A stretch of 64,000 nucleotides of DNA from IMG/VR virus record IMGVR_UViG_3300029288_000055, positions 128,001 through 192,000 of that record. The stretch is one strand, 5' to 3'. The stretch comes from a virus. Its lineage: Duplodnaviria > Heunggongvirae > Uroviricota > Caudoviricetes. Of the stretch, positions 29,252-39,293 are shown piece after piece. The notes under the pieces are model-generated. The model did no database searches. It had not been told where the DNA came from and saw nothing but the letters and a program-made list of their open reading frames with translations. Numbering within the stretch: position 1 is the stretch's first letter; each line of letters begins with the position of its first letter. The position numbers and the translations under genes are program-made.

Positions 29252-29719
29252 TTATTTTTGCTTTGTCAGCGTATATATTCCATGTATTGGAAATAAATTA
29301 TTTGATGAAGGTGCGCTTTCAAATTTTAACTTAAGTATCGTACCATTAAATGTTTCAGCATTTTCAATTACGAAATTATATACTGGTGTACCTTCAGTAA
29401 GTGTATTTTTCAATGTTATTATGTTATTGGACAAAGTATAAGGGTACTCTCTATTATCAGATTTACATGCATCCTTAACTATCACAGTAGTTTTTGTCAT
29501 ACTGTTAAGACTAAGAGTTGTCAAATAGTATAAATCCAATGCGATATCACAACCAGTCATTGTTTTACCATTAAACTCAAGAGAAGTAAAATTCCAATTA
29601 CCAACTAAATCATTGGTAGTAATAGCATTTGGAATAGGAGTGTCATTTGATTTTTCACAACTGGTACTCATGAGTATCAGTGAAAACATTAAAGCTAAAA
29701 CATAAGTAAATTTTTTCAT
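29252..29719 (-). CDS. Bacteroidota-type lipoprotein (lipocalin-like)
   Basis: Signal MKKFTYVLALMFSLILMSTS-C followed by EKSND; LVGNW lipocalin-like motif. Confidence 0.8.
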   Translation of the reverse strand: MKKFTYVLALMFSLILMSTSCEKSNDTPIPNAITTNDLVGNWNFTSLEFNGKTMTGCDIALDLYYLTTLSLNSMTKTTVIVKDACKSDNREYPYTLSNNIITLKNTLTEGTPVYNFVIENAETFNGTILKLKFESAPSSNNLFPIHGIYTLTKQK

Positions 29720-29751
29720 AATTTTAAAATTTTTATTGGTTAAACATAATA

Positions 29752-29784
29752 CTTATACGTATTCTTATTTAAAAAGGTTACAAA
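29752..29784 (-). promoter_or_regulatory. ECF-like promoter TTTGTAACC-N16-CGTATAAG
   Basis: Near-identical bipartite motif also at 59084-59115. Confidence 0.6.
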
Positions 29785-29829
29785 TTTCATAAAAAATTTT
29801 CAAGGTATTTATAGTAAAGAATTAATAGC

Positions 29830-31011
29830 GTGGAAATATTACTTAACAGCTTAAAGAATGTCAATTCAGTCAATGTTGATAACTATGAAAAGATTGAACT
29901 ATCACGTAAAGTATCATTAATTAACGAATACGATATCGGAAACATTCTGAGTGCCACTGAATTATTTGACACTGAAAGAGAAGCAAATGAAAACTATAGA
30001 ATTTATGGTAAAATTGAATATATGTCATTATTAAATGGTTTAAGAAATAATTATAAAATATTCTCCGATTTTTTCAGTCCACAATATAGTGGTAATAGTA
30101 AAAATGTTCTCAATTCATTTGATTTTTATCTTGTTAAACCAGCAATCAGTGGATACACACAAATTGTTAGTGGTGGTAGTACTATATTATGGACAAGATA
30201 TTTTCAAGTTATTGCAACACCAAATGACTTTGAAATATTTCCTGTAGGTTTTTCAAATAATGTTTATGGTGAACAAGCATATGCATTTAATTTCAATAAA
30301 GATTTTGATGTTTCATCATATGTTGATCAATTTGGATTTCCTCTAACTGAATTATTTTTATATGCACAATATAAACCAACATCAAACGGTAATAATAGTT
30401 CTGAAATATTATCAGGTACTGTATGGTCATCAGTGGGAGTACCAAGTAAGTTTGCTTTTGCGCCAATAGCATTTAATACTGGTGATACTATACAATCATT
30501 TTTTGGTGCTAAAATTGGTGATTTAATCGAATATTCAAAATCAGAATTTCTTCAATTAGAATTATCACCACAAACATTTTATATTCAAACCTCTTATAAA
30601 GATAATTTAAATGTTATACGTACATTATTGTGGAAATATAATCCTTTTATTCCATTTCATTTAAGATATTTTGCAAGCGAATTAAATCTTGTGAATACTG
30701 GAAATACATCATATGATCAAACTATTGCAATTCCATATTATGCAACAAAATTAGATAATTTTGGAAATTATGTATGGAGAGATATTTTGTCACAAGGATA
30801 TATAGACCCTACAAGCAATTTAGGCGTTGATTATCCTTTTGTGAATAAAAGAAGATATTTATTTTCAAATATAATATTAGATATAACACCAGATTTGAAT
30901 GACCCAAATACTTTGGCTGCATTCCAAGAAGTATGGTTCAGTAGATTTGCAACTAAATTAACAGTAACTCCGACCAGTGACATTAATAATATTGGAAAGC
31001 CATGTCTATAA
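29830..31011 (+). CDS. putative virion structural protein
   Basis: GTG start, late motif at 29805, five [ST]Gx[ST] motifs. Confidence 0.6.
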   Translation: MEILLNSLKNVNSVNVDNYEKIELSRKVSLINEYDIGNILSATELFDTEREANENYRIYGKIEYMSLLNGLRNNYKIFSDFFSPQYSGNSKNVLNSFDFYLVKPAISGYTQIVSGGSTILWTRYFQVIATPNDFEIFPVGFSNNVYGEQAYAFNFNKDFDVSSYVDQFGFPLTELFLYAQYKPTSNGNNSSEILSGTVWSSVGVPSKFAFAPIAFNTGDTIQSFFGAKIGDLIEYSKSEFLQLELSPQTFYIQTSYKDNLNVIRTLLWKYNPFIPFHLRYFASELNLVNTGNTSYDQTIAIPYYATKLDNFGNYVWRDILSQGYIDPTSNLGVDYPFVNKRRYLFSNIILDITPDLNDPNTLAAFQEVWFSRFATKLTVTPTSDINNIGKPCL

Positions 31012-31826
31012 TAAGAGAAAAAATAAAATTTAATAGTAGTGGTTCGAGTCTCAACATTTCTTTAGGTTCAAACAGTAATTTTATTGAATATCAACAAGAT
31101 ATTGATAGATTAACACAATTTACTGGTCTTGATTTGGTAAATCCTGTTATTGATGGAGAAGAAAGAAGATTCAAATTAAATCCAACTCCAAATGCTGTAA
31201 TAACACTAAAATTTCAATTTTATGCTTCATTTATGTCTGCATATGATACATCTGGTTATGGATTTATTGCTGCTGGCTTTACATATGATGAAATACATTT
31301 ATTTAGTGCCAATTTGCTTAATAGTTTTTTTATTTTGGATTTCTATGATACTTTTGATATTAATAATCAGACAAAAATATTTACCACATATTTAACTAAA
31401 TTAACTATACCGCCAACTTCATATTTACCCGAATATACAATTGGTGCAAGTACTAATAATCAATTATATCGCTGGTATGTTCCATTATCATATTTTACTG
31501 GCTCAACAATGATAGGATATGTTAAATTTAGTTTTTTTAATGCTAAAACAGGCAAAGTAACATTATTTTTTAATGAAGATAATGACATTGCTGGAATTCA
31601 GGAAACACCAATGAAAATATTCTTCAAAACACAATTGGATATAACCAACATGACATGGAAATTCATAACCACATCATATCCAATAATAAAAGCGAAAGAA
31701 GTTATAAATAACACATTGTATATCAATAAGGTTAATAATACTATTGTTAATAAAGATAATTTACAACAAAATCCTCCAAGTGGTACTACTTATGATTATA
31801 AGACAAATACTTATCTCATAATATAA
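31002..31826 (+). CDS. putative virion structural protein
   Basis: Coupled to the upstream late gene. Confidence 0.55.
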   Translation: MSIIREKIKFNSSGSSLNISLGSNSNFIEYQQDIDRLTQFTGLDLVNPVIDGEERRFKLNPTPNAVITLKFQFYASFMSAYDTSGYGFIAAGFTYDEIHLFSANLLNSFFILDFYDTFDINNQTKIFTTYLTKLTIPPTSYLPEYTIGASTNNQLYRWYVPLSYFTGSTMIGYVKFSFFNAKTGKVTLFFNEDNDIAGIQETPMKIFFKTQLDITNMTWKFITTSYPIIKAKEVINNTLYINKVNNTIVNKDNLQQNPPSGTTYDYKTNTYLII

Positions 31827-32575
31827 CCAATTTTTGTTTTTCTAAGAGTTTTTACAATTTCAAATTCTTTTTCATCTTGAATAAAACCAAGAATTTTAAG
31901 AGCATATTTTGATACGAAGAATCTATCACCATCAATATTTTCAATAGGATTAGCTTCAGCAAAACCTTCAAATAATAATGGTAATGGATTGCCCTTAATA
32001 AAAAGATATTCTTGACGTGACGCAAAATTTTTAAGTACCTGTTCATCGTATTGATTAACATCTACTCTATATTTTGTGAATAATGCTACTTCATAAATCA
32101 TATCAACATTTGTTGGTTCTGGCATCTTAAAACGTAAATAAATCACTTCACCATTATCCAATATCGGTACATCCATATATCTGAACTTACGTGGCTGTGG
32201 CACACGGTATTTTGTACCAAGTCTTGTGCCAGCTTGTTTATCAATACGTCTAACTGTTATATAAGGTGTTGGCACGTTTTTATCATTGTCCATGAATTTC
32301 CAAGTCTTACTAAATTCACCCCAACGATCATTGTCAAGATAAAATGTAGGAACTGATCTACCTTCAATGACTGCTTTCATACCAGCATCATTAACATAAT
32401 CAAAAAGTGCCTGATCTAAATCTTCAAGTAATATTGTTCTTGGTAAATATTTAGTTTTAATATCAGTTAATCTCATAAGTTCTTCAATTCTATCCATACC
32501 ATACTTAAGAAATTCAGTGCCTACTTTTGGTGGATTAATATTAATATCGAGTTTTACTTTTTTTGGAAGTGACAT
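31811..32575 (-). CDS. tail terminator/completion protein (gp15-like)
   Basis: LEDLDQALFDYV...PYITVRR...MPEPTNVDMIYEV; late motif at 32589. Confidence 0.6.
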   Translation of the reverse strand: MSLPKKVKLDININPPKVGTEFLKYGMDRIEELMRLTDIKTKYLPRTILLEDLDQALFDYVNDAGMKAVIEGRSVPTFYLDNDRWGEFSKTWKFMDNDKNVPTPYITVRRIDKQAGTRLGTKYRVPQPRKFRYMDVPILDNGEVIYLRFKMPEPTNVDMIYEVALFTKYRVDVNQYDEQVLKNFASRQEYLFIKGNPLPLLFEGFAEANPIENIDGDRFFVSKYALKILGFIQDEKEFEIVKTLRKTKIGYIMR

Positions 32576-32598
32576 ATAAACTTTTTATATAAATACTC

Positions 32599-32629
32599 TT
32601 GTCTTTTAATAATTAATTCATTACATTTG
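32599..32629 (+). promoter_or_regulatory. Bacteroidota sigma-A type promoter for the nucleotide-metabolism operon
   Basis: TTG-N20-TACATTTG. Confidence 0.65.
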
Positions 32630-32647
32630 CCTACTTAAAATAGTTAT

Positions 32648-33004
32648 ATGTTAGTAGAACACAAAGAATTTCAAGAAAAAGATGGCAGTTTAGGATATAT
32701 AGAATCAGTGTTTAAATCGGACAATGTGCTAAAATCCACATATTTTCCAAATAATCAGAGGCTTTACATTGCATTTAGTCGTGGTGACACATACTCATAC
32801 GGTAGTATCACATTAGAAATGTATAAAGAATTTGAAGAAACCGAATCTCAAGGCAAATGGTTCTTCAAACGAATTAATAAAAATCCAAAACATCCTTACC
32901 GTAAAGAATTTACTCTTTATCCCAGAGAAGTAAAAGAACTCAAAGAGATTGTGGAGAATTATCGAAAAATAATTAATGAAAATAAAGAAGAAGACAATGA
33001 ATAG
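32648..33004 (+). CDS. KTSC domain protein
   Basis: SDNVLKSTY...LYIAFSRGDTYSY...YKEFEETESQGKWFFKRI. Confidence 0.75.
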   Translation: MLVEHKEFQEKDGSLGYIESVFKSDNVLKSTYFPNNQRLYIAFSRGDTYSYGSITLEMYKEFEETESQGKWFFKRINKNPKHPYRKEFTLYPREVKELKEIVENYRKIINENKEEDNE

Positions 33005-33383
33005 TCCTGAAGAATATGAAAACATAATTGCATTGCTTGAAAAAGCATTGGAATTTTACGCTAATAAAGAAAATTATAAAAATCGTCCATTTGGTATTGA
33101 ATTAATTTCTTCAATTGAAATGGATGAAGGAAGTCAGGCACAATTTGCATTAGAACAATCAAAAATATTAATTGAAGCAAATCGAAAAATGCAAGAGGAT
33201 TACGATAAACTTATGGCTGCTGCAGATCAGCTTCAAGCAACTGATGATATGGCAGACCCCCAAAAATTAATGGAAATATTTAAAGTATTTGGTGATAATG
33301 TAGAAAGTGGTATTCAATATACTGAAGAAGAACAAAAACATTTGGATAAAATGAAAGAAAATTTAAAAAACAGTAAATTATGA
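32997..33383 (+). CDS. hypothetical protein
   Basis: ATG overlapping the upstream stop; operon context. Confidence 0.65.
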   Translation: MNSPEEYENIIALLEKALEFYANKENYKNRPFGIELISSIEMDEGSQAQFALEQSKILIEANRKMQEDYDKLMAAADQLQATDDMADPQKLMEIFKVFGDNVESGIQYTEEEQKHLDKMKENLKNSKL

Positions 33384-33757
33384 AGATAACAACGTTTAAT
33401 GAATATCAAAAAGAAGCAAATTTTCTCAAAATATCCTTAGATAAATTTATGGAAAAACACCCAGATACGCCACCAGATGTAAAATTGTTATTGGCTGTTG
33501 CATATGATGGATTAGGTATGGGCGAAGCAGGTGAAACACAAGGCAAAATAAAAAAAATTATCAGAGATGCTGGTGGTGACATTACTGTAACAGATATTCA
33601 GGCAATAAAAAAAGAACTTGGTGATCAACTTTGGTATATTTCTTCAATGTGCGACACTCTTGGATTGAAAATGGAAGATGTTGCATCAGGAAATATTGAA
33701 AAATTACAAGGTAGACGTGACAGAGGTACATTACATGGAAGCGGTGACGATAGATAA
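33380..33757 (+). CDS. MazG-like nucleoside triphosphate pyrophosphohydrolase
   Basis: FNEYQ...[20 protein letters not shown]...KELGDQLWY...[21 protein letters not shown]. Confidence 0.85.
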   Translation: MKITTFNEYQKEANFLKISLDKFMEKHPDTPPDVKLLLAVAYDGLGMGEAGETQGKIKKIIRDAGGDITVTDIQAIKKELGDQLWYISSMCDTLGLKMEDVASGNIEKLQGRRDRGTLHGSGDDR

Positions 33758-33758
33758 T

Positions 33759-34196
33759 ATGAAAATAAATATTATAAATAAATCAAAAAATCCATTGCCT
33801 TCTTATGCAACCGAAGGGTCAGCAGGTGTAGATTTACGTGCTAATATAGAAGAACCAATATTTTTAGCAGCGTTTGAAAGAAAAATGATATCCACAGGTA
33901 TTTTTATCGAATTACCAGTAGGATATGAGGCACAAGTTAGACCACGTTCTGGTCTGGCAGTAAAACATGGTATTACAATCATAAATACACCCGGGACAGT
34001 TGATAGCGATTATCGTGGTGAGATAATTATATGTTTAATCAATTTAAGTCAGGATGTTTTTATGGTGAGCAAAGGAGAAAGAATAGGTCAAATGATTATA
34101 TCGAAACATGAAGTTGCTGAATGGAATCAGATTGACAAATTTGAAACCAGCACTGTAAGAGGCACAGGTGGTTTTGGACATACTGGAAAAGAATAA
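33759..34196 (+). CDS. dut: trimeric dUTPase
   Basis: [40 protein letters not shown]. Confidence 0.95.
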   Translation: MKINIINKSKNPLPSYATEGSAGVDLRANIEEPIFLAAFERKMISTGIFIELPVGYEAQVRPRSGLAVKHGITIINTPGTVDSDYRGEIIICLINLSQDVFMVSKGERIGQMIISKHEVAEWNQIDKFETSTVRGTGGFGHTGKE

Positions 34197-34222
34197 AAAT
34201 TATTTTATATTAAATTAAGATT

Positions 34223-34414
34223 ATGAAGGGTACAACTGGAATCAAGAACAGAAGGGCAAGTGCTAAAAAAATACTCGAAGCACAACTCTTAAGGGGCACA
34301 AAACCTGAAAAAATTAATGGCAAAACAACTATTAAAATGATACCACTTACAACAAGTGATATCACCCGAATCAATCATGAGATTGAAACAATAAATAATC
34401 CAAAAAAGAAATAA
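34223..34414 (+). CDS. small basic hypothetical protein
   Basis: 63 aa in operon. Confidence 0.6.
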   Translation: MKGTTGIKNRRASAKKILEAQLLRGTKPEKINGKTTIKMIPLTTSDITRINHEIETINNPKKK

Positions 34415-34425
34415 CTGAAATAATC

Positions 34426-34605
34426 ATGGAAAGAAAATTTAAAAAAATAAAATTACAAGTATTGGACGATGAAGATAAAATAATCGGAACAGTAAGTATA
34501 AGTTTGGAAACAATTAAGCATTTAAAAAAAACTTATAATATTGACGCATTAAATTTAATGACAAATGCATTAATTGATGAGATTGAAAAAATAGTAACAA
34601 AATGA
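34426..34605 (+). CDS. hypothetical protein (59 aa, not in the ORF track)
   Basis: MERKFKKIKLQVLDDEDKIIG...EKIVTK; stop overlaps the thyA ATG (ATGA). Confidence 0.65.
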   Translation: MERKFKKIKLQVLDDEDKIIGTVSISLETIKHLKKTYNIDALNLMTNALIDEIEKIVTK

Positions 34606-35684
34606 AACAGTATTTAAATTTACTCCAGAACATTATTAATAATGGTGTTGAAAAGGAAAGTGGCAGAGCCAACATGCCTAATACAATTGGTATATCTCAT
34701 GGTGTAATTAAAATGAATTTACAAGACGGTTATCCGCTTCTCACAACAAAGAAAATGTTCTGGAAAGGTATTATACATGAATTACTCTGGATTCTCAGGG
34801 GAGATACAAACATTAAATATCTTGTAGATAATGGAGTAAATATTTGGAATGGTGATGCTTATCGTTGGTATTTAGCAACCTGTAATGGAATGGGTGCAGC
34901 GAAACCAGACCCAATTGATGGGCTGATAAGAGTATTACCAATTCCATACGGAACAATAGAGTCTTTTGTTGATGCAATAAAAAATGATACAACCACAGCA
35001 ACTAATGAAAGATTATTTGAATTATATGGATATAAACTTGGTGACTTAGGTAAAGTTTATGGCTATCAATGGAGAAATCAAAATGGTGTTGATCAGGTTA
35101 AAGATTGTCTTGAAGGTCTGCAAAAGAATCCATACAGTCGTTATCACATAATTGATGCATGGAATAAAGCAGATTTTAAAGATATGGCACTTCCACCATG
35201 CCATCTTATGTACCAATTTATTGTAAGACCACTTTCGCTTGATGAAAGAAGTAAATTATGGGCAAAAAAATACGTCATAGATGGTATTATGACCAAACCA
35301 ATAGTTAGTTTAGATGAAGATGGTATTCCAAAATTCTATCTCGACCTCAATATGTATCAGCGTAGCTGTGATACATTACTTGGTGTACCTTTCAATATTG
35401 CCAGTATGTCATTGCTTTTAAAAATATTCGCACGTGCATGTAATATGCTTGAAGGTATTGCTACTTGGATTGGTGGTGACACACATTTATATGTTAATCA
35501 TATTGATATTGCAAAAGAACAAATATCAAGAGAACCATATGTATTGCCACAATTATTCATTAAAAAAGAATTAAAAACTTTAGATGATATTATAAGTTTA
35601 ACAATTGAAGATTTTGAATTAGTTGATTATAAATCGCATCCAAAAATTGAAGCTGAACTATTTACTGGTTATAAGAAATTATAA
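34602..35684 (+). CDS. thyA: thymidylate synthase
   Basis: PLLTTKK, ELLW, IWNG, LGKVYGYQWR, MALPPCH, YQRSCD.LLGVPFNIAS (dUMP-specifying Asn), DTHLY. Confidence 0.95.
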   Translation: MKQYLNLLQNIINNGVEKESGRANMPNTIGISHGVIKMNLQDGYPLLTTKKMFWKGIIHELLWILRGDTNIKYLVDNGVNIWNGDAYRWYLATCNGMGAAKPDPIDGLIRVLPIPYGTIESFVDAIKNDTTTATNERLFELYGYKLGDLGKVYGYQWRNQNGVDQVKDCLEGLQKNPYSRYHIIDAWNKADFKDMALPPCHLMYQFIVRPLSLDERSKLWAKKYVIDGIMTKPIVSLDEDGIPKFYLDLNMYQRSCDTLLGVPFNIASMSLLLKIFARACNMLEGIATWIGGDTHLYVNHIDIAKEQISREPYVLPQLFIKKELKTLDDIISLTIEDFELVDYKSHPKIEAELFTGYKKL

Positions 35685-35686
35685 TT

Positions 35687-35989
35687 ATGGGTGATATAAA
35701 ATTCAAGAATATTGGGAAATTTCAGTTTTCACTGGATATTCCAATTGATTCCGATTTAGCACTGGCAATTGAACTTGCCATTGAAAAACGGGACAAAACT
35801 CTTGATGAATTAGTTAAATTAATAAAAGAAGGTTTGCTTAAAGAAGATAAAGAAAAGGTAGTAGTCAGAATAGATACTATTTTGGAGCAGAATGAAAGCA
35901 TCAAATTAATGGAAGATGCTATGGTGGCAGTAAGAGCATATAAACTTGATCAAAAAAATAATGAAGAAGATAAAAAACAGTACAAATGA
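35687..35989 (+). CDS. hypothetical protein
   Basis: 100 aa in operon. Confidence 0.6.
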   Translation: MGDIKFKNIGKFQFSLDIPIDSDLALAIELAIEKRDKTLDELVKLIKEGLLKEDKEKVVVRIDTILEQNESIKLMEDAMVAVRAYKLDQKNNEEDKKQYK

Positions 35990-36258
35990 AAGAACAACCC
36001 GAAGACATTAAACTTGATTTGATGAATGCAATTGTATATATTACAGAAAAACGTGATGATGCTCTTGAACATTTTAATGAATTAATGAAAACGAATAACT
36101 ATACGCATGATTGTATGATGCATGATGCTCTTGAACCCGTTTTAAGAATTAATTTACAACTTAAAACACTTGAAGATTGTATGGTAATGCTTAAAGTTAT
36201 GAGTTCTGAAAATAAATCACTTAAAAGAATTAATGAAAACAGAAAGAAAAATGAATAG
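35986..36258 (+). CDS. hypothetical protein
   Basis: 90 aa, ATGA-coupled. Confidence 0.6.
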   Translation: MKEQPEDIKLDLMNAIVYITEKRDDALEHFNELMKTNNYTHDCMMHDALEPVLRINLQLKTLEDCMVMLKVMSSENKSLKRINENRKKNE

Positions 36259-36331
36259 TGATTTTAAAACAGATGGGTATTGTCCTGTTTGTTTACATAT
36301 ATGTGAAAAAGAAACTAAAATAATTGGATGA
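36251..36331 (+). CDS. 26-aa Cys-rich mini-protein
   Basis: MNSDFKTDGYCPVCLHICEKETKIIG; overlaps the upstream stop and the downstream ATG. Confidence 0.45.
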   Translation: MNSDFKTDGYCPVCLHICEKETKIIG

Positions 36332-36573
36332 TCGCACTATACATATTGCTTATACTATTAGCATTAATAATTCTTTTTCTTTCTATGGCGATATATTACT
36401 TTTTAAAAAAAGGTGCATTTATCTCTGACAAAGAAAAAGAATTTATTTTATTTGTTATTGATATATTCGAGCAATATGGTGATGATCTGGGAATCCAATC
36501 AAAAGAACAACACAAAAAACTGATTGATGAACTTGAAAAAATAAAAAAGAAACATTTTAATATAAAGAAATAA
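36328..36573 (+). CDS. small membrane-anchored protein
   Basis: N-terminal hydrophobic helix IALYILLILLALIILFLSMAIYYFL. Confidence 0.7.
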   Translation: MIALYILLILLALIILFLSMAIYYFLKKGAFISDKEKEFILFVIDIFEQYGDDLGIQSKEQHKKLIDELEKIKKKHFNIKK

Positions 36574-36866
36574 TGAGCAAACTAAATAAAATTATTGAAT
36601 TTTATCCTGAAATCAAATGGTTATCTGCAGATGGTTTTAATGATGCAATTATTGGAGTTTCTGGTGATAAAATTGTGTACAGCAGGACTAAATGTATAAA
36701 AATACTGATGGATAGGGATGGGATGGCATATGAAGTAGCGTCTGAATTTTTTGATTTTAATGTGGAAGGTACTTATATAGGAAAGAAAACACCAATATGG
36801 GTGGATGATGAGCTATTCAACGATAGCATTCTATCAGATAATAGAACATTTGATGATATGGAATAA
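36573..36866 (+). CDS. conserved phage hypothetical protein
   Basis: ADGFNDAIIG...VYSRTKCI...EFFDFNVEGTYIG.KTPIW pattern recognised from phage proteins. Confidence 0.7.
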   Translation: MSKLNKIIEFYPEIKWLSADGFNDAIIGVSGDKIVYSRTKCIKILMDRDGMAYEVASEFFDFNVEGTYIGKKTPIWVDDELFNDSILSDNRTFDDME

Positions 36867-36869
36867 TAA

Positions 36870-36891
36870 AGGGGGTCGATTACGACCCCTT
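36870..36891. terminator. intrinsic terminator between convergent genes
   Basis: GGGGTCG-ATTA-CGACCCC flanked by A/T tracts. Confidence 0.7.
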
Positions 36892-36938
36892 ATTTTATCA
36901 TAACAAACATAAATTATTTATGTTTTTATTTCTCAGAA

Positions 36939-37088
36939 TTAGTCCTGTTGATCTACAGGGTTCGGAGTTACTGGTATAACGTTTATTGCAAGTAATGCGA
37001 TTGCTGCTGCAATTGCAGGACCATCTGCAAGACCTGTTTCATTGATTGCGTTTCTAAGCCAGAGTCTGTAAGTTGTTTGATTTAACAT
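36939..37088 (-). CDS. 49-aa late protein (not in the ORF track)
   Basis: MLNQTTYRLWLRNAINETGLADGPAIAAAIALLAINVIPVTPNPVDQQD; own late motif at 37122. Confidence 0.7.
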   Translation of the reverse strand: MLNQTTYRLWLRNAINETGLADGPAIAAAIALLAINVIPVTPNPVDQQD

Positions 37089-37170
37089 AGCCGTATTTTT
37101 TAAGTTAATATTATTTTTAATATAAATACTGAAAAATAATGAGAATACTTATAATTCAGCATAAATTTAT

Positions 37171-37722
37171 TTAAGTACCTTTTGTTTCACTTAAGAATGG
37201 CACAACGTCTTCCTTAACTGGTGTACCAGTTATACGTTTCCAATAAGGTTTAAATCCACCAATAGTTTTTTTGGTTTCATCTGTTACATTATTGGCACTA
37301 TCAATTTCATAATATCTGCTTTTTTCGCCACTCATATTATATTCAACAATATCACCACGATTAATTTCTAATTTTTTTTCTTCAAGTTCTTTAAGATATA
37401 CACCAAAACTAATATGACCAGTATCATCACGAGCAATACCCCCGGGGTTTGTACCATAATTTTCCTGTTTACCATCTTCAACATTTACCATTACTGATAT
37501 TCGAATTGGTGTTAAATATTTTTTATCTTTTGCTTTTGTTTGACCATAAAGTGCATGTGATTTAGTTTCAATAACATTAACTCTATGTATAATTACTTCT
37601 TGTGCATTATCAGTTTGCAAAAAATTTCTACCATACATAACATCAAGATCAAAGGATTCTTGGGTCATAAACATTCCATATCTTTGATTTTCAAGATCAA
37701 TTATTTGCTTTTTTTTCTTCAT
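37171..37722 (-). CDS. neck/head completion protein (gp14-like)
   Basis: ALYGQ...FGVYLKELEEKKLEINRGDIV...YYEI; downstream of the gp13-like gene. Confidence 0.6.
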   Translation of the reverse strand: MKKKKQIIDLENQRYGMFMTQESFDLDVMYGRNFLQTDNAQEVIIHRVNVIETKSHALYGQTKAKDKKYLTPIRISVMVNVEDGKQENYGTNPGGIARDDTGHISFGVYLKELEEKKLEINRGDIVEYNMSGEKSRYYEIDSANNVTDETKKTIGGFKPYWKRITGTPVKEDVVPFLSETKGT

Positions 37723-38123
37723 TAATCTAATTCTACTTTAAAATTATTAATATTTTTATGAGAAAAATATTTCTGTAGCATATTTTTAATATTATTTATA
37801 ACGTTTTCAGGAATATAATCGTCCCAAAAAGTTATTATGTCATTATCAAGCCAAATTCTACCCCAAAATTTTGTTTTCTTTTTTATTTTATAAAATATTT
37901 CTTCATCTTGAGGAAATTTTATATTAAAAGTATTGATTATTGCATCACCATGTGTACCATTTTTGGGTGATACTAATAAATTATCTTCATAAACAGAAAA
38001 TGCATATGTATTAATTGAAGAGTCTCTAAAAGAATAAAAGTCATTATCAACAGTAATTCCTTCAACATTTTCATTTAAAAATTCAATTTCTTCATTAATA
38101 ATATTTAATAATTTATTGTTCAT
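37722..38123 (-). CDS. hypothetical protein with N-terminal KLLNIINEE..LNE leader (putative head cargo)
   Basis: ATG at 38123; MNNKLLNIINEEIEFLNENV. Confidence 0.6.
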   Translation of the reverse strand: MNNKLLNIINEEIEFLNENVEGITVDNDFYSFRDSSINTYAFSVYEDNLLVSPKNGTHGDAIINTFNIKFPQDEEIFYKIKKKTKFWGRIWLDNDIITFWDDYIPENVINNIKNMLQKYFSHKNINNFKVELD

Positions 38124-38124
38124 A

Positions 38125-39243
38125 TTAAATTGAAATAATTGGGAACATAGGTGGCTGATATCCACGTTCTTTATTTACGTTTTCAGCAATTTTAGCACGA
38201 ATTTCAGTCATGTTTTCTTGACTGAAATAAGTTAATTGATCTAATAATATTTTTAAAGTATCTTCCTTTAGTTTAGTACCTTCATCAAGTAAATGTCGAT
38301 AATCCATAGTTAATTGTTTTTCAGCCACACCGAGTTCACCACTATAAAATCCTCTCATTCCACCAATAACTATTTTTACCTGTGCAACAAGTAAGTCTCT
38401 TATTTGTTGACGTGCAACGTCATTAAGTCTATCCCATTGCAATACTTTTGTTGGAGCATCTGATGGCAATTTAACTATATCATTATTGTCTTCTAAACAT
38501 TTATCTCTACCAGTATTAGTAGTATCATAATACCAATACCATACTTTTCTTCCTGCATAATGAATTCCCCAAGTACTTGTGATTTCAAAACGACTTCCGG
38601 GTACGGGATACAAGTGTAAAACTTTTTCACCAGAAGCTAAACCCGTAATTCTATATGTTAATATTGATTGTAATACTCTTTGTTTCATCCTTCTGTCTTG
38701 TGCAGACAAAAGAGTTGAAAAAGTTGGCTGAACATACATAGCTGGACGACCAAGATAAGACCAACCAACCATCCCGGGTGACCAAGCATTGAGTGCAAAT
38801 GGGTCAACTAAAGCACCATCAATTTCAGGTGGTGTTTCCCACAATACTTCATTAACTTCTCTACCAGCAGGAATTATATAATGTTGTGTGTTTGCTTCAG
38901 TAATAATAAAATCACGTTTAAGCTCCCATCCTGCAGCAGCAGGTGCATTTGTGCCTAATCCCACTTGCCTTGAATAAGCATATGTAAATGATTCCATATA
39001 ACTATTCGATTTAGTAGTAAAAGCACTGAGAAAATCGCTACTTTCAAGATTTAAACCTTCCAATCCAATCCATTGTTGTTGAATTAACCAGCTATTTACT
39101 GCTGCAGAATAGTCTTCAATTGCAATTTCAAGAAATGAATCTAATTGTTCATCCTTTAATTCGAATGGTCTCTGCGGAAATCCCAATAAATGTTTTACTC
39201 GCAGATATAATTTATTTTTTTCAACTGTTGTAATTAACGCCAT
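38125..39243 (-). CDS. neck protein (T4 gp13-like)
   Basis: LRVKHLLGFPQRPFELKDEQLD...AIEDY; IRDLLVAQVK.VIG..RG. Confidence 0.75.
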   Translation of the reverse strand: MALITTVEKNKLYLRVKHLLGFPQRPFELKDEQLDSFLEIAIEDYSAAVNSWLIQQQWIGLEGLNLESSDFLSAFTTKSNSYMESFTYAYSRQVGLGTNAPAAAGWELKRDFIITEANTQHYIIPAGREVNEVLWETPPEIDGALVDPFALNAWSPGMVGWSYLGRPAMYVQPTFSTLLSAQDRRMKQRVLQSILTYRITGLASGEKVLHLYPVPGSRFEITSTWGIHYAGRKVWYWYYDTTNTGRDKCLEDNNDIVKLPSDAPTKVLQWDRLNDVARQQIRDLLVAQVKIVIGGMRGFYSGELGVAEKQLTMDYRHLLDEGTKLKEDTLKILLDQLTYFSQENMTEIRAKIAENVNKERGYQPPMFPIISI

Positions 39244-39258
39244 AATGATATATATTTG
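39228..39258 (+). promoter_or_regulatory. Bacteroidota sigma-A type promoter for the helicase operon
   Basis: TTG-N20-TATATTTG. Confidence 0.5.
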
Positions 39259-39293
39259 TATTCGTTTAACATAAATACTTTAATTGAACTATT

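Noticed and set aside
34602-35684. ThyA as a possible dCMP hydroxymethylase feeding DNA glycosylation
   Set aside because: Retains canonical thymidylate synthase motifs including the dUMP-specifying Asn (GVPFNIAS); the insertions are in variable loops.
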